Shown: positions 8,868 through 19,200 of the stretch, one piece after another
Numbering within the stretch: the first letter of the stretch is position 1
How the letters are laid out: every line of letters begins with the position of its first letter
Origin: an uncultured virus (IMG/VR IMGVR_UViG_3300003690_002543)
Lineage: Duplodnaviria > Heunggongvirae > Uroviricota > Caudoviricetes
Reading direction: 5' to 3' (one strand)
Length of the DNA: 20,000 nt
Virus record (IMG/VR): IMGVR_UViG_3300003690_002543
Notes under the pieces: generated by a model
Seen by the model: only the letters and a program-made list of their open reading frames with translations
What the model was told of the DNA's origin: nothing
The model's database searches: none
Made by a program: the position numbers and the translations under genes

Positions 8868-9919
8868 TGACATATTATATCGACAAAAAATTTATAAATC
8901 TGGCATCAGGAAGTCTTAGTCAATTTAAATGGAAGAAAGAGGATCTTGCGAATTGTCGATGTCCTATTTGTGGTGATTCAAAGAAGAATAAAACAAAAGC
9001 TCGTGGTTATTTTTTCAAAAAAGGGAATGATTTTTTTTATAAATGTCATAATTGTGGTGCTGGATTGTCTCTGTATAGATTTTTAGAAGAAGTATCACCC
9101 ATTCTAATGAAAGATTATTCATTGGAAAGATGGAAAGCGGGTGAAAATGGGAATTCAAATTATAAAAAACCAAAAGAAGATACAATGTTTGGGTTTTCGT
9201 TTAAACCTAAGTTTAAACCCAAGTCAGAATTATTGGATGAATTAATACCTGTCTCTAAATTGTCAAAAGAACATCCAGCATATCAATTTTGTAAATTGAG
9301 GAGATTGCCAGAAAAACATTATAATATATTGTATTATACAGACGATTTTGGAACGTGGATGAAAAAATTAGATCCTGATTGTCTTCCTGTTGGGAAAGAG
9401 GAACGCCTTGTGATTCCTTTTTTCAATAAGAAGGGGGATGTTGTTGGTGCCCAAGGAAGATTATTATCATTTAAAGATGAATATGAAGCAAGACAATCTG
9501 TTAGGTATATTACGGTAAAGGCAGATAAAAGTATTGATCGTCTTTGGTATGGTTTGTGGAGAACAAATCCAAAAGAAAGGGTGTATATTGTTGAAGGACC
9601 TTTGGATAGTTTATTCATTCCAAACACAATTGCTATGGTTGGTGCGGGGGCGATAGAACAAATACATCCTCATCTTATTGACAGTGAAGTGGTATATGTT
9701 CTTGATAATGAACCTAGAAATAAACAAATAGTAAATTACATAGATCGATTGATAAATAAAGGCTGTACTGTTTGTATTTGGCCTTCTAATATAAATGAAA
9801 AGGATATTAATGATATGATCTATACCAGAACAGCTAAGGAAATTAAAAAAATTATTGATGATAATACATATGCCGGATTAGAAGCAAGATTAAATTTTAG
9901 AAATTGGAGAAAGACATGA
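8867..9919 (+). CDS. 61: T4-like DNA primase (gp61), 350 aa
   Basis: Zn ribbon CPICGDS..CHNC; RLVIPF; QGR; TOPRIM motifs VEGPLDS, DNEPRN, KDINDM; TGATG overlap with the helicase. Confidence 0.95.
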   Translation: MTYYIDKKFINLASGSLSQFKWKKEDLANCRCPICGDSKKNKTKARGYFFKKGNDFFYKCHNCGAGLSLYRFLEEVSPILMKDYSLERWKAGENGNSNYKKPKEDTMFGFSFKPKFKPKSELLDELIPVSKLSKEHPAYQFCKLRRLPEKHYNILYYTDDFGTWMKKLDPDCLPVGKEERLVIPFFNKKGDVVGAQGRLLSFKDEYEARQSVRYITVKADKSIDRLWYGLWRTNPKERVYIVEGPLDSLFIPNTIAMVGAGAIEQIHPHLIDSEVVYVLDNEPRNKQIVNYIDRLINKGCTVCIWPSNINEKDINDMIYTRTAKEIKKIIDDNTYAGLEARLNFRNWRKT

Positions 9920-10119
9920 CATTTTTCGAATATGATGATGATATCCCCGAAGAAGTTCTTCTTGAAATTGTTATAGATTTTAATCGACATTTTGCTCGTT
10001 ATGTAAAGGAAGTAAATGAGGAATTATTTCATAGAGCCAAAGATTATGCTATATCATTTGTAGAATTAGAAGGTTATGATATTTCATTCATAGATATAGA
10101 TGATGACGAAGAAGATTAA
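9916..10119 (+). CDS. Small acidic hypothetical protein, 67 aa
   Basis: ATGA overlap with the primase stop; GGAG at 9906-9909; start reassigned from 9904. Confidence 0.65.
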   Translation: MTFFEYDDDIPEEVLLEIVIDFNRHFARYVKEVNEELFHRAKDYAISFVELEGYDISFIDIDDDEED

Positions 10120-10843
10120 AGTTCTTGATAAAGGATATGTTGATTTAGTAGATCATATGGGGAATGATCTCACTGTGGTAAATGCTGCTCGCGTGTCTTT
10201 TGATAAAGAAAGTTCGTGGGAATATAATGCAGAGGCTCTCAAGAAAGTAACAGGACATAATTGGCAAGCAGATCGCCTTCGTAATGAATTTAAATGTCTT
10301 TCTGATAAAGATCAAAAACTTATTGAATATTTAGCAGAACATAATCATTGGACACCATTTGCTCATCCACAAATTACTTTAAGAATTAAGGCTCCTGTGT
10401 CAATAAGGACACAATTTTTTAAGCATAAGCAAGGATTTGTAGAGAATGAAATAAGTCGTAGATATGTTTCTTTTGAGCCAGATTTTTATGCACCTCAATG
10501 GAGAGGAAAGCCTAATAAGAATGCGAAGCAAGGAAGTGAAGATTTTATTGCTATAAATGGTGGTGCGATATGGTTATATGATACTGCAATAGATTCTTGT
10601 TTGAAATGTTATGATCGACTTTTAGAAGAAGGTGTTGCACCAGAACAAGCACGATTTGTTTTACCACAAGCAATGTATACTGAATGGTATTGGACAGGTT
10701 CTCTTTCTGCATATGCAAGATTTTATAAACAGCGTATTGATAAACATGCACAATGGGAAATACAACAATATGCTGAAGCCATAGGCAACATTATACAGCC
10801 CCACTTTCCTTCTTGCTGGAGCATTCTTACAAAATATAAATAA
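10100..10843 (+). CDS. thyX: Flavin-dependent thymidylate synthase
   Basis: DLTVVNAARVSF, HWTPFAH, FKHKQGFVENEISRRY (variant of the ThyX RHR..S.R motif), GVAPEQARFVLP, HAQWEI. Confidence 0.95.
   Translation: MMTKKIKVLDKGYVDLVDHMGNDLTVVNAARVSFDKESSWEYNAEALKKVTGHNWQADRLRNEFKCLSDKDQKLIEYLAEHNHWTPFAHPQITLRIKAPVSIRTQFFKHKQGFVENEISRRYVSFEPDFYAPQWRGKPNKNAKQGSEDFIAINGGAIWLYDTAIDSCLKCYDRLLEEGVAPEQARFVLPQAMYTEWYWTGSLSAYARFYKQRIDKHAQWEIQQYAEAIGNIIQPHFPSCWSILTKYK
10835..10842 (+). promoter_or_regulatory. T4-type late promoter (gp55-dependent)
   Basis: Exact TATAAATA overlapping the thyX stop, 21 nt upstream of the first structural gene (10864). Confidence 0.7.
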
Positions 10844-10863
10844 TACTAAAGGGCTGCATTTTA

Positions 10864-11259
10864 ATGGCAATAAATAATTATAATATAAGCATGTATCAAG
10901 GGCAAAGTTTTTTCTTAGATATAGACTATTTTGATGATAATGGTTTTCCGGTTGATTTGCGCCCTCTTATCCCTATTCCACCACTAATTTCTCGATATGT
11001 AGCACATATGCAAGTTAGAAGAACAGGAGCACAATTTGGTGGAAATACTGATAACGTTGGTATACCAGGCGTTGGTGGCATTTCATTGAATTATGGTGGT
11101 GTTTCTGGTGCAATACGATTAGAGATTGATCATACAACGATGGGATATGTTCCTGCTGGTGTTCAGTTTTATGATCTGAATGTTCTGGATAGACAGACAA
11201 ATTATATGGATAAAGTAATTACCGGAATAGTAGATGTTCAGGCAGAGGTTACAAGATAG
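10864..11259 (+). CDS. Small virion/baseplate-associated beta-sandwich protein, 131 aa
   Basis: Pattern Y.I...QG..F...Y.D..G.PVDL..Y.A.MQVRR..G.I.L.I...T....P.G...YDL..G...V..EVTR, common in phage proteins that precede fibre genes. Confidence 0.65.
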   Translation: MAINNYNISMYQGQSFFLDIDYFDDNGFPVDLRPLIPIPPLISRYVAHMQVRRTGAQFGGNTDNVGIPGVGGISLNYGGVSGAIRLEIDHTTMGYVPAGVQFYDLNVLDRQTNYMDKVITGIVDVQAEVTR

Positions 11260-11264
11260 AAATA

Positions 11265-11272
11265 ACTAAATA
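11265..11272 (+). promoter_or_regulatory. Possible late-promoter variant ACTAAATA
   Basis: TAAATA core in the intergenic gap upstream of the 11305 fibre gene; AT-rich context weakens the match. Confidence 0.4.
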
Positions 11273-11304
11273 TCTTGATAGAAGGTGTGTAATAAGGATT
11301 AAAG

Positions 11305-13287
11305 ATGCCATCATGTAATAATACTGGAGTCGTAATCAGAACAGGTTCACGGGGTGGGCATGGACCTCAAGGCCCCCAAGGACTAATTGGACCAACTGGG
11401 CCTACTGGACCAAGTGGAAACACTGGAATTCATGGACCGAGCGGACCGAGCGGACCAAGTGGACCTACTGGAACAGCTATTACTGGCGCAACAATAGAAG
11501 AAAGTGGTTTAGAGCGCAATTTAATTTTATTCTTCGAAACTGGAACTGGTGGTCAATATACTATAAATGTTGGTGATGTGAGAGGCCCATCTGGGGCGGT
11601 TTCAGCAAAAGGTAATACGGGAAGTACTGGTCCTACTGGTTCTACTGGATCTGGATTTACTGCAATCTCAGTAACTGGTAATCCAGGCGGATATACTTTA
11701 ATATTTAGAGAGTTTCTTCCAACTGGTGTGGGAGAAGAATCACTAGGAATAACATTTGAAGTTGGTACAATTACCGGATTTACTGGTATTAGTGGACCTA
11801 CTGGTCCTACTGGTAATACAGGAAATACTGGTGGGGGTTATACTGGTATAACATTAGCAGGATCACCCGGTGGTTATACGTTAACATTTAGAGAAATTTT
11901 ACCGGGAACTGGTGCTCTTGGTGCAACATATGATTTCACAATTGCAGGATTTACTGGTCCTACGGGAAATACAGGAAATACAGGCTCGGTAGGAGTTACT
12001 GGTTTTGGTTATACTGCAATTGGTATGTCTGGCTGTTGTCATATTGTTGCTAGACAAGTTTTACATGATGAATCTTTTGGACTTACAATTGAATTTGGAC
12101 CGATTAGTGGGGGTACTGGTGCTACTGGAGCTACTGGTCCTACGGGAAATACAGGGCCTACTGGTCCTACAGGATCTGGATTTACTGCAATTTCGATGAC
12201 TGGAAGTCCAGGCGGGTATACTCTAATATTCAGAGAACAAACATGGCTAACAAGTGGTGTAAAGGCATTAGGAGCAACATTTGAAGTTGGTATAATTACC
12301 GGATTTACTGGTGCTACTGGACCAACAGGAAATACAGGGAACACTGGTAATACAGGAAACACTGGTGCTACTGCTCTGGGAGTTGGTTTTAGATTCTTGA
12401 CACCAACAACAAGTGAGTTAATAACAGGTGCAGGAAAATTTGAAGCAACAGTTTCGAGTGATGGAACAACTGGTGGATTAACTCTTTCGTTTGTTGATAC
12501 TTCAGGATTTAATTCTAAGGATTATTTCAGTTCAATAAGCAATAAAGGTGATCTTATTTACGTAATGGGCACTGGGTTTACAAGCGGATATAGGATTTAT
12601 AAAACGAACGTTAATACTACTAGAACTGAACCGAATGCTTTTTCTCATAGATGGACTCCGCTGAGTGTTGTTGCACAAAGTAATCAAAACTTTGGTGCTG
12701 CTGATGGGGGAACAGCAGCACACATTTACTTCATGGCGGGTGATGGTGGAACAGGAAACACTGGTAATACAGGAAATATTGGTAATACAGGAAACACCGG
12801 ACCCGTTGGTGGTACATTTAATCAATATATATTCCAAAATGCATTGGGTGGTGCTGCTGGTGATACGGGCCTTCAATATGATCCCATTACAAATATACCA
12901 AAATTTGTTACTTATAGAGAACGAGAACATAATTATGGAACAATTGTTGCTGATTCAGGAAGCACAATTACAATTGATGCTAGTAATGGACCAATTCAAA
13001 GAGGAGATTTAAGTTTTGATGTTAATGATACAACAATAACCACACTTGATCTTCAGAATTTCACAGTAGGTCAAGGAGTTACTATTATATTAGAGGATAG
13101 TTCGGGTGCTACAGTGCTAGATAGAGTTTGGGATACAACAGATGATACCCAATTTTATTCATCTAGACCAGAACTTAATAAACCTAAAGTGTTAATGTAT
13201 ATTCTTGCAGAAGGCGATGATTCTTCACCAGATTCAGTATCTCGATACTACATAACATGGCAAGGGTTTTCTACTTTAGGAACTTGA
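11305..13287 (+). CDS. Modular collagen-like tail/capsid fibre protein, 660 aa
   Basis: Many GPT/GNT/GPS runs alternating with repeated ~45-aa beta modules; C-terminal TITIDASNGPIQ..GQGVTIIL domain; TAAGGA upstream. Confidence 0.8.
   Translation: MPSCNNTGVVIRTGSRGGHGPQGPQGLIGPTGPTGPSGNTGIHGPSGPSGPSGPTGTAITGATIEESGLERNLILFFETGTGGQYTINVGDVRGPSGAVSAKGNTGSTGPTGSTGSGFTAISVTGNPGGYTLIFREFLPTGVGEESLGITFEVGTITGFTGISGPTGPTGNTGNTGGGYTGITLAGSPGGYTLTFREILPGTGALGATYDFTIAGFTGPTGNTGNTGSVGVTGFGYTAIGMSGCCHIVARQVLHDESFGLTIEFGPISGGTGATGATGPTGNTGPTGPTGSGFTAISMTGSPGGYTLIFREQTWLTSGVKALGATFEVGIITGFTGATGPTGNTGNTGNTGNTGATALGVGFRFLTPTTSELITGAGKFEATVSSDGTTGGLTLSFVDTSGFNSKDYFSSISNKGDLIYVMGTGFTSGYRIYKTNVNTTRTEPNAFSHRWTPLSVVAQSNQNFGAADGGTAAHIYFMAGDGGTGNTGNTGNIGNTGNTGPVGGTFNQYIFQNALGGAAGDTGLQYDPITNIPKFVTYREREHNYGTIVADSGSTITIDASNGPIQRGDLSFDVNDTTITTLDLQNFTVGQGVTIILEDSSGATVLDRVWDTTDDTQFYSSRPELNKPKVLMYILAEGDDSSPDSVSRYYITWQGFSTLGT
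11647..12312 (+). repeat. Four degenerate copies of an inter-collagen module (G.G[FY]T.I..[TAS]G..GGYTL.FRE...LG.T[FY]E.G.I.GFTG)
   Basis: Copies begin near 11647, 11830, 12001 (most diverged) and 12172. Copies 1 and 4 are 525 nt apart, and 11751-11787 matches 12276-12312 at 36 of 37 nt. Confidence 0.85.
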
Positions 13288-13290
13288 TAT

Positions 13291-16200
13291 ATGTTAAATT
13301 CATTTAGAGTCGTTTTTATAACATCAATTGATACGGACGATTCCGGAGATGAAGTAGATTGTGTCTATAATCAAACCGGAGATGAAAGTTTTTATTCTTT
13401 TGATTGGGGTAGTGCTCCGGTTGATGGTATTGATATTATCTACGATTCAGAATCTCTAAGTAACCCAAACCCAACCGGATACAAATATTATGGATATGAT
13501 GTAAGAACTATTCGAGATATATATGAAACTTATGGCAAAGTTGGTATGCCCTCTAGTGGAATTGATGATGTTGATTATGGAACGGTGGCCAAAAATACAT
13601 TAGCAAATCATGCTTGTATGGGTGCTTTTTATACTCGTGGGGGAAGTGATGATTTGTTAAGTCCATCTGTTGTTTTTGGTGGTAGTAATAATGATCTAGG
13701 AAATACGTATTGTAGACCGACTCAGGTAAATCAAGATAGCGGTGGTATAGATGGTAGCGATAATAATCAAAATGTACAGGTAATATATGATGGTGAAAAC
13801 GATGTAACTAGCTCAATATGGCCAAAATATATTTATCTGGGTGCAATTGGTGCAGGTGCTTATGGTCAGGGTTGTCTTACACGAACACATGACAGTTTGG
13901 ATTGTCAACCAACTGTCTTTGGTGCTCCGGGATGTGGTGGTGGTCATATTTGTGGAACTCCTGATCCTACACAAGCTGGTGGGGGATTGCTAGATGTTAT
14001 AGCACAAAAAGGTGGAGTTGGTTCGCAGGCATCAGCATTCTTAAAAATATGTTCAAATCCTGATAGAGATACCATAACAATTGTATGTAAACTTGGCAAG
14101 GGGGGTGTTCAAAGATTTGATATGATTGATGATATTCGACTTACCCCCACTATTGGATGTGGTATCGTTCCTCATCACACTTCACAATCAACTTCACCAC
14201 ATTCAGAAAGTGGTTCTTATACAACCTTCCCAACTCAAGAAGAAAGAATAACTACCATTTCAGTTTATGAGGGAGAAGATATAACAGATGATGATAACCT
14301 TATTATTAAAGTAGCCTGCCCCGGTGGTGAACCCCCACGATTACAATCAGATGATACTTTTGGTCCCAAAGAAATATCGTGGGGCCCCGCAGGAGAAGAA
14401 GATTGTCTTAATGTATGTGATGCATTTGTTGATGATTGTGGAGATTGTACTAATTGTTGTTGTGATAATGAAGAAGATGGGGAATCTGAAGGTTATAATG
14501 GAAAAGATGGTAGATTGGTTACAAACACAGTAGCAAATAATGGCAGTATAGGTTCTGTTATTATAGAAGGAAATGCATTTACAGATAACTATGAAATAAT
14601 TGCACCTGCTTCAGATCAAGACGGAAATGCTGGAACTGCATTTAATGAACTGTTGGTCAATTTTGGGGTTGATTCTCATCAAGGTTGGCATAGAACTTCT
14701 GTTTCTGGGGCCCGTGATAGTGATGATCAATCGATAGTAGTTTATACAGAAGAACAGATTAATAGATTTTATGAACCCGGTATTGGGGGAAATGGTAGAA
14801 TTAAATACTGGGCAGATGATTCTGAAGTTTTGGCAAATAAAAATTCTACTACGGCTGGATTTACAGGAGCAGGTGTTGGGGGAAATGGTGGTGTTGTTTA
14901 TGTTGGATATGGACCAGAAATATTTACGAAAGCAATTACTGATCAATCAGAACCTTCTGTGATTTGGCAAGATATCACTGTTGCTCAAGAAGAAATTGAA
15001 ATAGCTATTTTAGATTCAGCAATTAGTTCAATTGATTTTGGTGTTGGTTTAAACCGACGTAATTTTATACAGAAAGATAATATTGTAGATACTAAAGATA
15101 TTTTAGATCTTACTGTGGGGGATGATTTTACCATTAATGGGGGATTGTTTAGTTCTGCTGTACCATTAGAAGTGGGGTGGTTACCTCTTCCTGTAGGAAC
15201 AAATATTCATTATTATGATTGGACTCATGCTTTATCGATAGAAAATAATTCACGTTTGGTTGATGAAGATTCACCAGCAAGAATTGAATTTGTTCGAACT
15301 GATTTACAGGTTGACAGCATACACAATCCCTCTTTAATACGGGAGGGAGCATCTGAAATAATTGATGCAAATTGGACAACATTAATTGATCCTTTAGGGC
15401 AAGGCCCCAATGAAATACAGACAAATCATGTTGGTACTCGTGGAGATCTTCTTTTTGATGATAATGGCTATTTAATTGGATTTACTATAGCATCTTCCAC
15501 CACTGATATTGTAGAAAAAGTTAGAGGACTTAAATCTAAAATAGAGGGTTCTTCTCTTGGAAGTATAGATGATTTGTTGGTTTTTTATTGGGTTTCACCT
15601 GATAGGAATAGAACAAATAGAATTGCAGATTATTTTGATGATGGTTCTAGGATAAGGATTACGTTTTCTGAACCTGATACGACTGTTACCAGTGATTATA
15701 ATTCTTACTTTTTGTTTACGTTTGGTGGACAACCAGCTTTTCTTGTTCCTGGCGATGGGAGTGTTTTTGGAACTAATCCATCAGGGCGATCCCTTTGTGC
15801 ATTTTCTGGAGTACGAGATGAACTTGCTTCTGGAAAAATATATTATCGTCCATTTGCATCGCAAATTCCGGGATTAAAAACTCGTGTTCAATTCCATACA
15901 GAAGGAATAAAACTTGGAGCAAATGTAGGATCAACTCTTACATTAACAAATGTTTTGGCTGATGGTTCTGCAAGAGATTTATTTGATAATGGAGGAAATA
16001 TTATAGTTAATGATGACCATGCAGGAACGTTAATTGTTGATTCTTGTAATTCTTCAAATGGACAAAGTGGGATCAGAACTGGAATTTCTACGGGACAAAT
16101 ACAACTTAAAAATAGTTCATTCGAAAAAACAAATGGACGAAATGTAGAACTTCTTGGTGGAGGTGAAAGTGGACATGAGATATATCGGTGTACATTTGGT

Positions 16201-19200
16201 TTGTCAAATCATAAAGATGCTTTGTTAGTTGAAAATTCCCCCAATACCCAAATTTATGAATGCCTATTTAAAGAAATTTTTAATACTAATGGGAGAGCAT
16301 GTGCTTTAAACAAGGGTTCTGCATGGGGATCTAAAGTATATAATAATTTGTTTATAAATTCTACCGGATTTCGTGAATCTAATACGAGTTCTTATGAAGG
16401 AAGTGTTGACCCAACACGATATGATTATCTTGCTGAATATAATAATTTATATTATGTCGATAATGATAAAAATATTAAAAATGATAGCGAACAAACTTGG
16501 ACTGTTCAAGATGTTTCCTTAAATTCTATTTGGAAAGGAATAATTGAGATAGAAGCAGATGACAGTTGGACCTTTACCATTGATGAAGAAGATCCGTTAC
16601 GTAAATTGTGGGGATTGGTAACTATTGTAGCCGTATCACAGGGTGGAGTCGGTGGTACTGGTATTCCTGAATTAGCTCTGTTGTTTGAATCATATGAACG
16701 AAATTCTTCTGTTGAATTTTCTGATCAAGTTGTTGCAGCATATAATTTTTTGGATGCTCACCAAAACAATCCTACCAAAACTTTTACCATTAATGGAGTA
16801 TCTTTTAATGGTTGGAATGATGAAGATGCGGCTGATCAGCCTATCTGTTCGGTAGTAAAAGGAAGTGGAAATGCTGGATTTTTAAGAATTGTTTCTCCAG
16901 AATTATATCATTCTATTGCTGATACTGATCCTAGTGTGGATGACGAATTTTTTGGAACGTTTTATCGTCCCGGTAAGACTCGAAAGTTAGTTCAAGAAAT
17001 GAAATGGACTATAACTTCTGATGGATCTGGATCATCAGGCGCTCAGGCTTCTATAGAATCTATTATTAATGATAAAGAAATAATTGATACGGCACAGACA
17101 ACTAATCTATCACATGTAAGTAGTAGTAGATTAAAGTTGTGGAATGGTCCTTATTCTGCGACTTTTGGTGGTTTTGAGCAAGGTAACGATTGGTGGTTTG
17201 CTTTTGGTGGAAATCAAGCGGGATCATATGGTAATAGTACTCAGGATTACTGGACATATAATAATAATAATTCACGATATACAGTATATATTTCATACAA
17301 TGGTGGATTATATGAAAAAGTTGCAGATCCAAATGACGAATCTACTATTATAAGCTGGCAAACTAGACTGCTTTTCAGTGATGTAAATTTTGCTGATGGC
17401 ATTCTTCAACCAGACGATGAAATCAGTATTAAAGTATATGAAGAAGTTCCATCAGGAGTTTGGAATGGCACTGATACATTTGATTTGGGTGGTTCCAAAT
17501 TACGTATGGTAAATAATTCTTTATATGTTGACAATACAACATTTCGTGAACCTGATAATAAATATACTAATGTTTGGAGATTTGGAACTGTGGATGTTGT
17601 GCCAAACACAATAGAGTGGCATCTACAAAACAATTTCTATTCGAATGGTGTTCAAATAGCTTCGGGTACAATTCCATATGACTTGTTTTCTGATTTTAAT
17701 GTTTCACAATATAAAGATATATCAGGAACTTTCTTTAGTTCAGAAGATTTACCTTACTCAGTTTCATATTGGGGACCAAATGAAGCATCTACACTTGAAC
17801 TCAATTCAATTACTGTTGATACGGATGGAGATCAGATAGATGAAATATATGATCCAATTATAAGTGCAAATGATGGTGGAAAAATTGGAAATCGTTGGAC
17901 TAAAAATGGTGGTTCATATCTTACAGTAAATGGTGATATAAAAACAGCAACAGATGCAGTTAGCTTTTTTAGTAACCTAGAATTAAATACACCTACAGTA
18001 GAACCAGAAGATAATCCTAGATGGTTTAATCAGGCAAGTGCAAATGATTTATCTGGAAATCCTGTGGATAATAGATTTACTGGTACAGTTGAAGCGCAAG
18101 CAGCAGAGGTAGATATTCTGAAACTTGCAGTAGTTCCTGATCAAACAGTTACAGGTGAACTTCTCTTCGATGTACAAGTTCTTGCAGAAAACATTAATCC
18201 AGATGTTGCAGTTGGTCATGATGGACTTACACCTATTGTTACAGTTAATGATGGTCCAGCCAGACCAATGGTGGAAACTTCTCTTGAATGGCCTGATCCT
18301 GATAATCCGGGTGGTTTTGTTTCTGGTTTTACCAGTGTTTCAGTTTGGAATAATACTGTAGACTTATTAGAAAATCAAACAAATACAATTACGGTTTCTT
18401 CTTCAGATCAAGATATTACTTTTAAGGTTCATCATAAGGAGTCATTGAATAAAGCAACACCTTCTGGAGACAATGTTGAAATAGATATTAAAACTGCTGT
18501 AATAAATGCTCTTAGTTCAGTTAATCCCGGTTTGGATGTTATTGAAATTGATGCCGACATTTCAGATCTTGGTCAAATTCTGAGTGACATAGAAGTTGGT
18601 TTTTTTGAACAAATAAGAGATAGATGGTTAACAATTAAACCTGCTACTAATAGAACTGTAACTTGGGTATACGACAGTTCTGCTCCAGATCGTGTTCCGG
18701 AATTAGATTGGATTGCTCTTGACAATATTACATTTGGTTCAGATATTTCTGATAATGGTGGTGGTACTTGGCAATTAGATGCTGGTTATAATGCATGGTT
18801 AAACAATTGTAAAATTAAAGGAAAATATAAGAATAATATAGGTACGAATTTTTCTATCACAGCCCCTGCTGCTGACCTTACTACCTGGTCAGCAACAGAT
18901 GCTCAAAATCGATATTTCACCAAGTGTCATTTTCATGGAACTGTAACAGAGGGTTCTCCCACTACAGGTGCTATATTAACCAGAGATTGTGCATTCTCTT
19001 CTCATCGAACTAATTTTAATCAAATAGGAAATGTGTGGTTAAATTGTTCTGCACAGGATGTTCAATCCATTCAAGACTTCGATGGTGGTAGTTTGCAGCA
19101 ACGTGGAATAGAAATTTTTGGAGAGGAAGCAACATCTGATATCATCTATAAAGGGTTTAGAATTATGGGTGTTTCTTCTGTCATTGCAGCAAATTTTGAT

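Noticed and set aside
11647..12312. Module copies 1 and 4 as a DGR TR/VR pair or CRISPR-like array
   Set aside because: Mismatches include C/T changes and are not adenine-specific; the repeats are in-frame coding modules.
124..18361. Short minus-strand and alternate-frame ORFs in the track (e.g. 124-414, 4274-4642, 12039-12362, 14611-14946, 7969-8181)
   Set aside because: They are shadows of longer + strand genes. The PVAPVA proteins are simply the antisense of the collagen repeats.
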